Source: Parcubacteria group bacterium (GTDB lineage: Bacteria > Patescibacteriota > Minisyncoccia > Moranbacterales > GCA-2747515). Taken from it: 64,000 nt of DNA. A program made the position numbers and the translations under genes. The notes under the pieces were generated by a model. The model was given only the letters and a program-made list of their open reading frames with translations. It was not told where the DNA came from and did not search any database. This document shows positions 1 through 9,650 of this stretch, piece after piece (position 1 is the stretch's first letter; each line of letters starts with the position of its first letter). Location: NCBI GenBank assembly GCA_041660065.1, contig JBAZXC010000002.1, forward strand, positions 25,084-89,083, in the 5' to 3' direction.

Positions 1-10
1 GTCCTGAAAA

Positions 11-53
11 AACAAAAAAACCGCACGTATTTCACAATACTGCGGTTTTTGTT
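11..53 (-). terminator. Rho-independent terminator of the helicase gene
   Basis: Inverted repeat aaaaaccgca(c)gtatt / aatactgcggttttt; on the minus strand the stem is followed by a T-run, just after the stop at 60. Confidence 0.75.
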
Positions 54-59
54 GTATTC

Positions 60-1712
60 CTATCGTTCAAAGAATGTAAGAGCCTGACCGATCTTTATGC
101 CACGACCCGTGCGTCCGATGCGGTGGATATAATCCTCGTACGTTTCCGGCAGATCATAGTTGATCACATGTGTGATCCCGTCAATATCAATGCCTCGTGC
201 TACGACATCCGTCGCCACCAATATATGCAACTTGTCATCACGGAAAGATGCAAGCGCTCTTTGTCGTTGTCCTTGCGACATATCACCATGGATTGCATCT
301 GCACGAAGTCCGCGCTGATACAATTTTTGCGCCAATCTCTTGGCACCCATTTTTGTGCGGCTGAAAATCAATGCTTTGTAACATTCTTTTTTCTGCAGAA
401 CAGTGTGAAGTTTTTCCAACTTATCCTCATCCTTTCCCACAAAGATCACATCTTGTTTTACATTTTCCGATGTCGGTCGCGAAGAAATTTCCACCGTCAC
501 GGGTTTTTGCAAATAATTCAATGTCAACTTTGCGATCTTTTCATCCATTGTCGCAGAGAAGAAAAGGGACTGGCGTTCTCGCGCCACTTTGGATAACAAT
601 AATGTAATGTCATTGATAAAGCCCATATCCAACATACGATCCACCTCATCTAACACGACATTGTTGACCTTTCCGAGATGTAGCGCATTGCGTTGCATCA
701 AGTCCTTGGTGCGACCCGGCGTGCCGATGATGATCTGTGCAATCTTGCGCACACTGCGAAGCTGTTTGTGCATCGATGTACCACCGATACAAACGATCGT
801 TTGAATTTGCATGTTTTTTGTGAACATCTGACATTCCGCATCGATCTGCAATGCCAATTCTCGCGTCGGTGCAAGGATCAATACCTGTTGATGCGGGTCA
901 AGACAAATTTTGTGTAATAGCGGCAACAAGAACGCTGCCGTTTTACCCGTACCCGTATTGGCAATCCCGATCACATCGCGACCAGTCATTGCATGAGGAA
1001 TTGCCTGATCTTGAATCGGTGTCGGATGCTCATATCCGCGATCGACAATGTTTTTTTGCAACTTTGGATGCAAATGAAAATCAACAAAACGATTTTTTGA
1101 CACGTATTGTTTTGCATCTTCATTCTGTGCTGTCGCCTCTTTGATAAAAACTCTGTGATCATACACGGGAGTTTTTTTCTTATTGCGTCCGCGACCGCTT
1201 GTCTGTCCTGAAAATTTTCCACCGACAAAACGAGATGGCGTCTTTTTTTGATATGTTTTTTTTCTGTCATCAAATCGTTGTGTACGTCGATCAGAATTTT
1301 TGTATTCTGTGCGCACATCTTGTATGATCGCAGATGCTCTCGAAGAATCCGTTTTATGTGTATATGGACGTGTAACACTGCCCCCATCACTCGTAGCACC
1401 TCGTTTTTTAATTCGTGATGCTCGACCTCGATCAGTCACAGGACTTTCCGTTCTTTTCCATGGTTTTGCGCTTGTGCCTCGTGACGCACGATCTTGTGTG
1501 CCCTCACTTTTGTGTGCATACGGACGTGGAGAACTACTCCCTGCGGTACCACGCTTCTTAAAACTTGATCGTTTCTGTCCGCGATCATCCGCAGAACTTC
1601 CCGTTTTTTTCCATGGTTTTGCACCCGTGCTTTTTTGCACACGAGTACTGCTGGCATGGCCAGTTTTTCGCGCTGATGGTTTTTGACCACCGCGTTCACT
1701 CTTTCTATACAT
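60..1712 (-). CDS. DEAD-box RNA helicase with a long basic N-terminal extension
   Basis: Q motif PTPIQ, Walker A TGTGKT, PTRELA, TPGR, DEVD, SAT, HGD, ARGID, HRIGRTGR. Confidence 0.95.
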   Translation of the reverse strand: MYRKSERGGQKPSARKTGHASSTRVQKSTGAKPWKKTGSSADDRGQKRSSFKKRGTAGSSSPRPYAHKSEGTQDRASRGTSAKPWKRTESPVTDRGRASRIKKRGATSDGGSVTRPYTHKTDSSRASAIIQDVRTEYKNSDRRTQRFDDRKKTYQKKTPSRFVGGKFSGQTSGRGRNKKKTPVYDHRVFIKEATAQNEDAKQYVSKNRFVDFHLHPKLQKNIVDRGYEHPTPIQDQAIPHAMTGRDVIGIANTGTGKTAAFLLPLLHKICLDPHQQVLILAPTRELALQIDAECQMFTKNMQIQTIVCIGGTSMHKQLRSVRKIAQIIIGTPGRTKDLMQRNALHLGKVNNVVLDEVDRMLDMGFINDITLLLSKVARERQSLFFSATMDEKIAKLTLNYLQKPVTVEISSRPTSENVKQDVIFVGKDEDKLEKLHTVLQKKECYKALIFSRTKMGAKRLAQKLYQRGLRADAIHGDMSQGQRQRALASFRDDKLHILVATDVVARGIDIDGITHVINYDLPETYEDYIHRIGRTGRGIKIGQALTFFER

Positions 1713-1884
1713 AGTGTTCCCTGTTTACATAAATTACTCATAAACCCAAACACGCATTTCCCCAAAATCTATGAGTAAAAAATGTTCAGATCCAGATGTG
1801 CGCTAAAAAAACGCATCATTCGAGGATCATTTCAAAAAGTATTGTATAGCACCTATAAAAGTGCCCAATGAGACTCGAATGCCC

Positions 1885-1913
1885 ATTATAGCACAAATAT
1901 GTGGAAAAAGCAA
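1885..1913 (-). promoter_or_regulatory. Putative sigma70 promoter of the helicase gene
   Basis: Minus strand TTGCTT-17 nt-TATAAT with an extended -10 TGn. Confidence 0.55.
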
Positions 1914-1969
1914 TAGTCGTATGAAAAACATGGAAAAAAGCCTCAACCACTTCTTTCTTATGCAAATCG

Positions 1970-2740
1970 CTATACTGTTCTTTTGCGCAAGATCGCGATA
2001 TTATCTGATGAGATCTTTGTCAATTTTTTAACAGTATACCGTTCAAAAAATCCGACAAACTCAAATTTACCATTTTTTTCCACGAGTAATTTGAATTCCT
2101 CCGGCGACACGATCTTCACATCATCCCTATCGGCAAATGTCATTTTTTTACCATTGTCATTGACCTCCAACGTAAGCACTTGCGTCACAGACTGTGTCAC
2201 GAGATCTTTTGGGATCAGTTGGTATTTTGTCTTCACTGCAATTTTCCCTCGTCGCATTGTCCATTGATGTAATTTCCAAAACGTCGGATCCGCCCAATTG
2301 ATCGTAAGATTCTCAATAAGATAAAGCCCACCAACAGCGAGACTGTCCGCTACAGAATCCAAATGAGAGGAAAGTTGAGCATTGTTCTTAGCATAGACGA
2401 TCGATCCCATCATGATGTATGCAAAATCAACTTTTTCCTTCAAGGAAAATTCATTCATATCCGCTTTGACCGTTTCTATATTCACATTCTTCTGCACGGC
2501 CTTATTTTTCAGATATGCAAGCATCGCAGAACTTCCATCAAGGCCAATCGCTCTGTATCCCCTCTTTGCCATCTCCTCAAGTTGCAAAGCGGTGCCACAT
2601 GCAACATCCAAAACAGACGTCACTTTTACATCGCTATATTTTTTGATAAATTTTTCAAACAGATCCGCCTGCTTTTTGGGATCAATAAAGCTAAAGGCAA
2701 TTTCATAGTATTCTGCTTGTTTGTAAATTTGTGATTTCAT
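1970..2740 (-). CDS. Class I SAM-dependent methyltransferase
   Basis: VLDVACGT motif I, GLDGS..ML, ADM, GGLYLI. Confidence 0.9.
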   Translation of the reverse strand: MKSQIYKQAEYYEIAFSFIDPKKQADLFEKFIKKYSDVKVTSVLDVACGTALQLEEMAKRGYRAIGLDGSSAMLAYLKNKAVQKNVNIETVKADMNEFSLKEKVDFAYIMMGSIVYAKNNAQLSSHLDSVADSLAVGGLYLIENLTINWADPTFWKLHQWTMRRGKIAVKTKYQLIPKDLVTQSVTQVLTLEVNDNGKKMTFADRDDVKIVSPEEFKLLVEKNGKFEFVGFFERYTVKKLTKISSDNIAILRKRTV

Positions 2741-2780
2741 ATTATTTGTTATTAGTCGCTACACCAACTTCCCCGGTTTT

Positions 2781-3038
2781 TCATTTCAAACTACTTTTGA
2801 TCCTATCCATAAGAGGTTTCCATACCGAACCACTCTTCTTGATACTGGATTCTCTCGTGCGAGCAACCTCCTCTGTTAGATATGCTTCATAATATACAAG
2901 AGCAAGCGGGATGTAAAATTTGGTAGATTGAACCTCTCCACAATTGTGTTGTTCAATTCTTCTCTTCAAATCATTCGTTGATCCTTTATAAAACCAGTTC
3001 GGTTCTTTTTTTGACTGAAGAACATAAACGTACCACAT
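2781..3038 (-). CDS. Small GIY-YIG nuclease family protein
   Basis: YVYVL...YKGST.DL.RR..QHN...LVYYE...A..RE..IK pattern; ATG at 3038 preferred over TTG at 3047. Confidence 0.9.
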   Translation of the reverse strand: MWYVYVLQSKKEPNWFYKGSTNDLKRRIEQHNCGEVQSTKFYIPLALVYYEAYLTEEVARTRESSIKKSGSVWKPLMDRIKSSLK

Positions 3039-3116
3039 ATTAAACAAAACGAAATTACTATTTATTTCATTATTTTAACATGCAAAATTCAAGATTACTA
3101 AAAATATTTCTCAAAT

Positions 3117-3239
3117 TCGCTCGCGAGCGACAAAGAACCTAAAAATTGTGTAAAAAAGTAGAAGTTCTCACGTGACGTGACCTACCACAATGCAGATAGA
3201 ATATCTGTGGCGGGCCACGTCGCTCGCGAGCGACGTGGC
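3117..3239. repeat. Palindromic REP-like repeats downstream of tRNA-Asp
   Basis: Perfect 26-bp palindrome gccacgtcgctcgcgagcgacgtggc (3214-3239); its 14-bp core recurs at 3117-3130; second hairpin ccaca..cagata/tatctg.tgg at ~3185-3210. Confidence 0.8.
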
Positions 3240-3312
3240 GGGGACGACCGGGCTCGAACCGGCGACCTTCTGCGTGACAGGCAGACGCTCTAACCAGCTG
3301 AGCTACGCCCCC
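3236..3312 (-). tRNA. tRNA-Asp(GTC), CCA encoded
   Basis: GGGGGCGTAGCTCAGCTGGTTAGAGCG-TCTGC-CTGTCAC-GCAGA-AGGTC-GCCGGTTCGAGCCCGGT-CGTCCCCGCCA cloverleaf. Confidence 0.97.
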
Positions 3313-3354
3313 AATATAAAATGTAAAATCAAAAATTAAAGATCAAAAATCACT
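3313..3354. repeat. Heptamer array, 3' arm of the four-helix-bundle cassette
   Basis: aatataa aatgtaa aatcaaa aattaaa gatcaaa aatcact; the last unit contains the ORF's TGA. Confidence 0.85.
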
Positions 3355-3724
3355 TTTCCTTTCGTAGAGTTATAATACTCTTACCAAAAATCTTTGATAT
3401 TTCATCCAGTTCCGAGAGAAACCAATCGATCTTTTCAGCCTTTACTTTACCACTATCTCTCAAAAGTGCAAACCAGTACTTGCTCTCATTTGCAGATTTC
3501 AAAGATATTGCAAAAAAATTTGTATACTCTTTTTTTGATACTGACGACTTACCCTCAATATAATTTGCCATGATGCTTGTCCCGGAGCGAAACAGTTGAT
3601 CCGCAATTTTACGACTCGTTAGATCGACCTTATCCAGTGAATCGATAAAATTGATCAGCTTCAATGTAAATTTATATAATCTCATCTTGAAATAATCTCC
3701 ATTGTTCTCTTTTTGATCTTTCAT
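3350..3724 (-). CDS. Four helix bundle protein (23S rRNA intervening-sequence protein family)
   Basis: QLFRSGTSIMANYIEG...S.KEY..F..ISLKSANESKYW family pattern; start set at MKDQ (3724) because the longer ORF overlaps a tRNA. Confidence 0.9.
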   Translation of the reverse strand: MKDQKENNGDYFKMRLYKFTLKLINFIDSLDKVDLTSRKIADQLFRSGTSIMANYIEGKSSVSKKEYTNFFAISLKSANESKYWFALLRDSGKVKAEKIDWFLSELDEISKIFGKSIITLRKEK

Positions 3725-3746
3725 CTTTAATTTTTTATTTTTCACC
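3712..3746. repeat. Heptamer array, 5' arm of the four-helix-bundle cassette
   Basis: tttgatc tttcatc tttaatt ttttatt tttcacc; complementary to 3313-3354 and contains the ATG. Confidence 0.85.
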
Positions 3747-3747
3747 G

Positions 3748-3821
3748 TACCAGGGGTGAGGATCGAACTCACGACCTTGGGCTTATGAGTCCCACGCTCT
3801 AACCGACTGAGCTACCCTGGC
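3748..3821 (-). tRNA. tRNA with CAT anticodon (elongator Met more likely than Ile2), CCA not encoded
   Basis: GCCAGGGTAGCTCAGTCGGTTAGAGCGTGGGACTCATAAGCCCAAGGTCGTGAGTTCGATCCTCACCCCTGGTA. Confidence 0.92.
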
Positions 3822-3954
3822 CTGCCTAATTTTCTACCCCCGTTATCAGTTGAAAAAATAACACAGTCAGAAAATTTGGCAGGCTGGCCTGCCTAATTTT
3901 CCATCCCTGTTATCAGTTGAAAAAATAACACAGTCAGAAAATTTGGCAGACCAG
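3817..3954. repeat. Tandem duplicated 67-bp hairpin unit (REP-like)
   Basis: Two near-identical units starting at 3817 and 3884, each cctgcctaattttc ... gaaaatttggcag. Confidence 0.9.
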
Positions 3955-4060
3955 TTTTTAAAGTTAAAAAGCCAAAAGTGCAAAGTATATGCTTTATAAA
4001 CTTTTTTCGTCATAGACGAATCCGCATTTTGCAGAAACTTTTCACCTTCAACTAAGCGTG

Positions 4061-4134
4061 TTGCGGGAGCCGGATTTGAACCGGCGACCTTCTGGTTATG
4101 AGCCAGACGAGCTGCCAGACTGCTCTATCCCGCT
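4061..4134 (-). tRNA. Initiator-type tRNA-fMet(CAT), CCA not encoded
   Basis: AGCGGGATAGAGCAGTCTGGCAGCTCGTCTGGCTCATAACCAGAAGGTCGCCGGTTCAAATCCGGCTCCCGCAA; 1:72 mismatch, closely resembles the bacterial tRNA-fMet scaffold. Confidence 0.93.
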
Positions 4135-4218
4135 ATATATACTAAACAGAAAAACAGTAAACGTGTACAGGGAAAATTGTACCATCTGACGATAATATTG
4201 TCAATCAAAAAAGAAATC

Positions 4219-4746
4219 TCACAAAACGTCGATGCTTTGCAAAAAGTATTTATAGACTTCCAAAGCATTTTTTGCCTGTTCTTGGGTGATCTGTACATTT
4301 TCCTTTTGTACGATTTTGTTGCTCAGCGCATGCACATCACGCACCGCATCAAGCGACGAGAGACTCCCTTGCGGGATACGCGCCAAACGCTCGGCAAATG
4401 TACTACCACCATATCCCTGCACTTCCAATGATTTGTATACGAAATGATCCGCCTCCAGTATGGCGGCTAGATATTGTTTGGTATCATCCGACCGCAAACG
4501 ATCAGTGATCGCACTCCATTCCCGCATATCATTTTTCTTGCTCGTTTTCTTTGCACCGGTTCCCATACGCATACTGCGCAATTGTTTGCGCACATTACCC
4601 AAATGGATCAAAAGGATCACATCCACAACCAAAACGGTGGAATAAATTACAAGAAAGATCTTTATGAATAAAAAGAGACCGCTGTGTAAAAATGCCACAA
4701 AAAGATTTTGTGCCGTAGATCCTAAAGTGACCAAAACATCTTCCAT
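4219..4746 (-). CDS. Hypothetical membrane-anchored protein
   Basis: 175-aa ORF with an N-terminal TM segment and AILEAD...G.TFAERL motifs; directly downstream of gatA. Confidence 0.75.
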   Translation of the reverse strand: MEDVLVTLGSTAQNLFVAFLHSGLFLFIKIFLVIYSTVLVVDVILLIHLGNVRKQLRSMRMGTGAKKTSKKNDMREWSAITDRLRSDDTKQYLAAILEADHFVYKSLEVQGYGGSTFAERLARIPQGSLSSLDAVRDVHALSNKIVQKENVQITQEQAKNALEVYKYFLQSIDVL

Positions 4747-4752
4747 ACTCTA

Positions 4753-6180
4753 TTATGAATTAATTTCAAACGTATATCCTGCATTCAAAATTCCTTCTTC
4801 ATCAAACCATTTGCCCATCAACTGTCCTCCGACAGGAAGTTGTATGCCATCGCATGTCATTGTGCCTACCGGGATCGAAAGTCCCGGTACACCGACAAGG
4901 TTTGCCGTTACTGTATAGATATCCGAAAGATACATCTTGAGCGGATCATCGCATTTTTCACCGATCTTAAACGCAACCTCCGGCGCTGTCGGCGTGAATA
5001 CATAATGCACTTTTGTAAACGCATTCTCGAAATCTTTTTTCAAAAGCGCGCGAACCTTTTGCGCCTTCTTGTAATACGCATCATAATATCCCGCGGAAAG
5101 CGTATACGTCCCCAACATCACACGTCTCTTGATCTCCGGACCAAACCCCTTACCACGCGTTTCCATATATTGTTCCAATACGGTTTTTGGATCGATGCCT
5201 TGTGCCCCACCAAACCGTATGCCATCGTAACGCGCCAAATTTGAGCTCAGTTCTGAAGGCATGATGATATAGTATGTTGCAAGCGCATACTCGGTGTGTG
5301 GTAAACTGATATCCACGATCTCTGCACCAAGTTCTTTGAATTTCTCCACACTTTGCATAAATACCTCTTTCACACCATCATCCAAACCCTCGCCGAGGTA
5401 TTCTTTTGGGATACCGATCTTTACTCCCTTGATATCGCCAATACAATAATCCTCATACGACTTATCGCCACTTTGCGCGCTCGTCGCATCTTGCGGATCA
5501 TGTCCCGCGATCCGACTGAGCACGATCGCCGCGTCTTCCACCGTCTTGGTAATTGATCCAACCTGATCCAAGCTTGAACCCATTGCGATCACACCATACC
5601 GCGACACGCGTCCGTAGGTTGGCTTGAGTCCCACGACACCGCAAAAGCTCGCCGGCTGGCGAATTGATCCTCCTGTATCGGTGCCGAGTGCCCACACCAC
5701 TTCATCACTCCCTACCGCTGCAGCGCTACCACCACTTGTGCCACCAGGTACACGCGTAGGATCAACAGGATTTTTGGTCGGACCGTACGCACTGTTTTCT
5801 GTAGTACTACCGCATGCAAACTCATCAAGATTTGTTTTGCCGACGATCACTGCATCACTTTCTTTGATTCGTTTGGCAACTGTAGCATCATATGGTGCAA
5901 TATAATTTTCCAATATTTTTGACGCCGCAGTTGTTATCGTGCCAGCCATACAGATATTATCCTTCACTGCACAGGGAATGCCTGCCAACAGATCGATTTT
6001 TTCACCATTTTTGATCTTTGCATCCACTTCTGCTGCTTTGTGCAATGCCTGTTCTTTTGTAAGGCTAAGAAAAGCATGTAACTCGCCGTCCTTTTGATCA
6101 ATTGTTGCAAAAGATCTTTCCGCAAGTTCAACAGCAGTTACCTCGCCTTGTACTAATTTTTCATGTAAATCTCTGATCAT
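4753..6180 (-). CDS. gatA: Asp/Glu-tRNA amidotransferase subunit A
   Basis: Amidase signature VKDN, GKTNLDEFACG, PGGTSGGSAAAV, GTDTGGSIRQPA, SNLARYDG; start set at MIRDLH. Confidence 0.97.
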   Translation of the reverse strand: MIRDLHEKLVQGEVTAVELAERSFATIDQKDGELHAFLSLTKEQALHKAAEVDAKIKNGEKIDLLAGIPCAVKDNICMAGTITTAASKILENYIAPYDATVAKRIKESDAVIVGKTNLDEFACGSTTENSAYGPTKNPVDPTRVPGGTSGGSAAAVGSDEVVWALGTDTGGSIRQPASFCGVVGLKPTYGRVSRYGVIAMGSSLDQVGSITKTVEDAAIVLSRIAGHDPQDATSAQSGDKSYEDYCIGDIKGVKIGIPKEYLGEGLDDGVKEVFMQSVEKFKELGAEIVDISLPHTEYALATYYIIMPSELSSNLARYDGIRFGGAQGIDPKTVLEQYMETRGKGFGPEIKRRVMLGTYTLSAGYYDAYYKKAQKVRALLKKDFENAFTKVHYVFTPTAPEVAFKIGEKCDDPLKMYLSDIYTVTANLVGVPGLSIPVGTMTCDGIQLPVGGQLMGKWFDEEGILNAGYTFEINS

Positions 6181-6205
6181 ATATAATTTCCAGTATACTA
6201 CTAAT

Positions 6206-6496
6206 TTATAATACGCTTTGCACCTTAATATATCCGTCCTTCTGACGCGACACATTGTCCATCATCCGCACCTTCTCTTCGATAGATGGCTCCATGATCG
6301 CATCAGCACGATACACATCCGTCATACCGGTAATATGCCCGATTTCCTCCACATCATCCGTATTCACTTCTTGGAGTTTTTCAAAATAATGCAATACCGA
6401 GGAAAGATCATGACGATATGATTCATTTTCCGCATCCGTAATACTTACACGCGCCAAAAGAGCAATGTCCTTGATATCATCATTTGTTAGTTCCAT
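6206..6496 (-). CDS. gatC: Asp/Glu-tRNA amidotransferase subunit C
   Basis: IALLARV...L..VNTDDVE...YRAD...DGYIKV..VL; directly upstream of gatA. Confidence 0.93.
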   Translation of the reverse strand: MELTNDDIKDIALLARVSITDAENESYRHDLSSVLHYFEKLQEVNTDDVEEIGHITGMTDVYRADAIMEPSIEEKVRMMDNVSRQKDGYIKVQSVL

Positions 6497-6566
6497 ACGT
6501 CATTTTTTTATACATTACACTGTTCTTACTATACGCAATATTTTATACGAGAGCAACAGATCACAT

Positions 6567-7271
6567 TTACATCACAGAGGCCTGATCGTCCGATATTTCT
6601 TTAAGCAGTGGCTCGACATCTTCATCGATCGTACTCTTAAAATCTTGCCATTCTTGTTCTCCGGACGTATCGCCATTGGATTGTTGTGAGCCTTCATATG
6701 CCATGATACCGAGAAATGCCAACAGCCCAAAAATACACATGAGGAAAAAGATTATCAATGCATAAAAAGCAAATACCGATCCAACAACGATTTTGCGCGG
6801 ACCTTCATCCGTATACACCACGACGGATTTTGCGATCATATCATGCAACCCCTGTTTTTTGCTTGTAAAACCAACCATAATATATCCAACACACAACGTG
6901 ATCCCCGATACCAATTTTCCAATTGTCTCCCGCAAGATAATACTTCCCAAAGTCAGTGGTTGTCCATCCTCTGCCACAACGCGCGCGCCGACTGCCATCT
7001 TTCCCAGCGTTGCCTGATATTTATGTGTCATAAAGATATAATATCCCCACCCGATGATCATACCCACGATCGTTGTGACTATTCGCGCAAGAATCTCCAT
7101 AACGTGCGTTTTGTCCATTGCTGCAAAAACACCAAACATGATGCTGAGCGGGATAATAATGACCATCGACGCAAAGGATATGACAAACCCATCAATAATG
7201 CGTGCCGCAAAACGAACCCAAAATCCGCCATAACGTACACTCACCTGTGGAACATCACTTGTTGTTTCCAT
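6567..7271 (-). CDS. RDD family membrane protein
   Basis: YGGFWVRFAARIID, QATLGK, KQGLHDMIA. Confidence 0.92.
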   Translation of the reverse strand: METTSDVPQVSVRYGGFWVRFAARIIDGFVISFASMVIIIPLSIMFGVFAAMDKTHVMEILARIVTTIVGMIIGWGYYIFMTHKYQATLGKMAVGARVVAEDGQPLTLGSIILRETIGKLVSGITLCVGYIMVGFTSKKQGLHDMIAKSVVVYTDEGPRKIVVGSVFAFYALIIFFLMCIFGLLAFLGIMAYEGSQQSNGDTSGEQEWQDFKSTIDEDVEPLLKEISDDQASVM

Positions 7272-7328
7272 ATTTTTTTATTATTACTTACTTTATAAAC
7301 TTTCTCCTTTATAAACTTTTTACTCCTT

Positions 7329-9578
<2,250 letters not shown>

Positions 9579-9608
9579 TCATATTCTACACCACAACGAC
9601 AAAAATCA

Positions 9609-9633
9609 AAAAACCCTCACAAAGAGGGTTTTT
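9609..9633 (-). terminator. Rho-independent terminator at the end of the minor pilin cluster (possibly bidirectional)
   Basis: aaaaaccctc-acaaa-gagggttttt. Confidence 0.8.
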
Positions 9634-9650
9634 ATACGCAGATGTGCTCC

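Noticed and set aside
3725-3772. Upstream ORF extensions in the supplied track (four-helix bundle; likewise gatA, manC-like, GT2 28540, fur 54996)
   Set aside because: They overlap tRNAs, promoters or neighbouring genes; downstream ATGs fit the family N-termini better.
3817-3954. CRISPR array
   Set aside because: Only two units, with no unique spacers and no cas genes.
2781-4134. Prophage or integrative element at the tRNA cluster
   Set aside because: No integrase or phage genes; the tRNA-end duplication is only about 7 bp.
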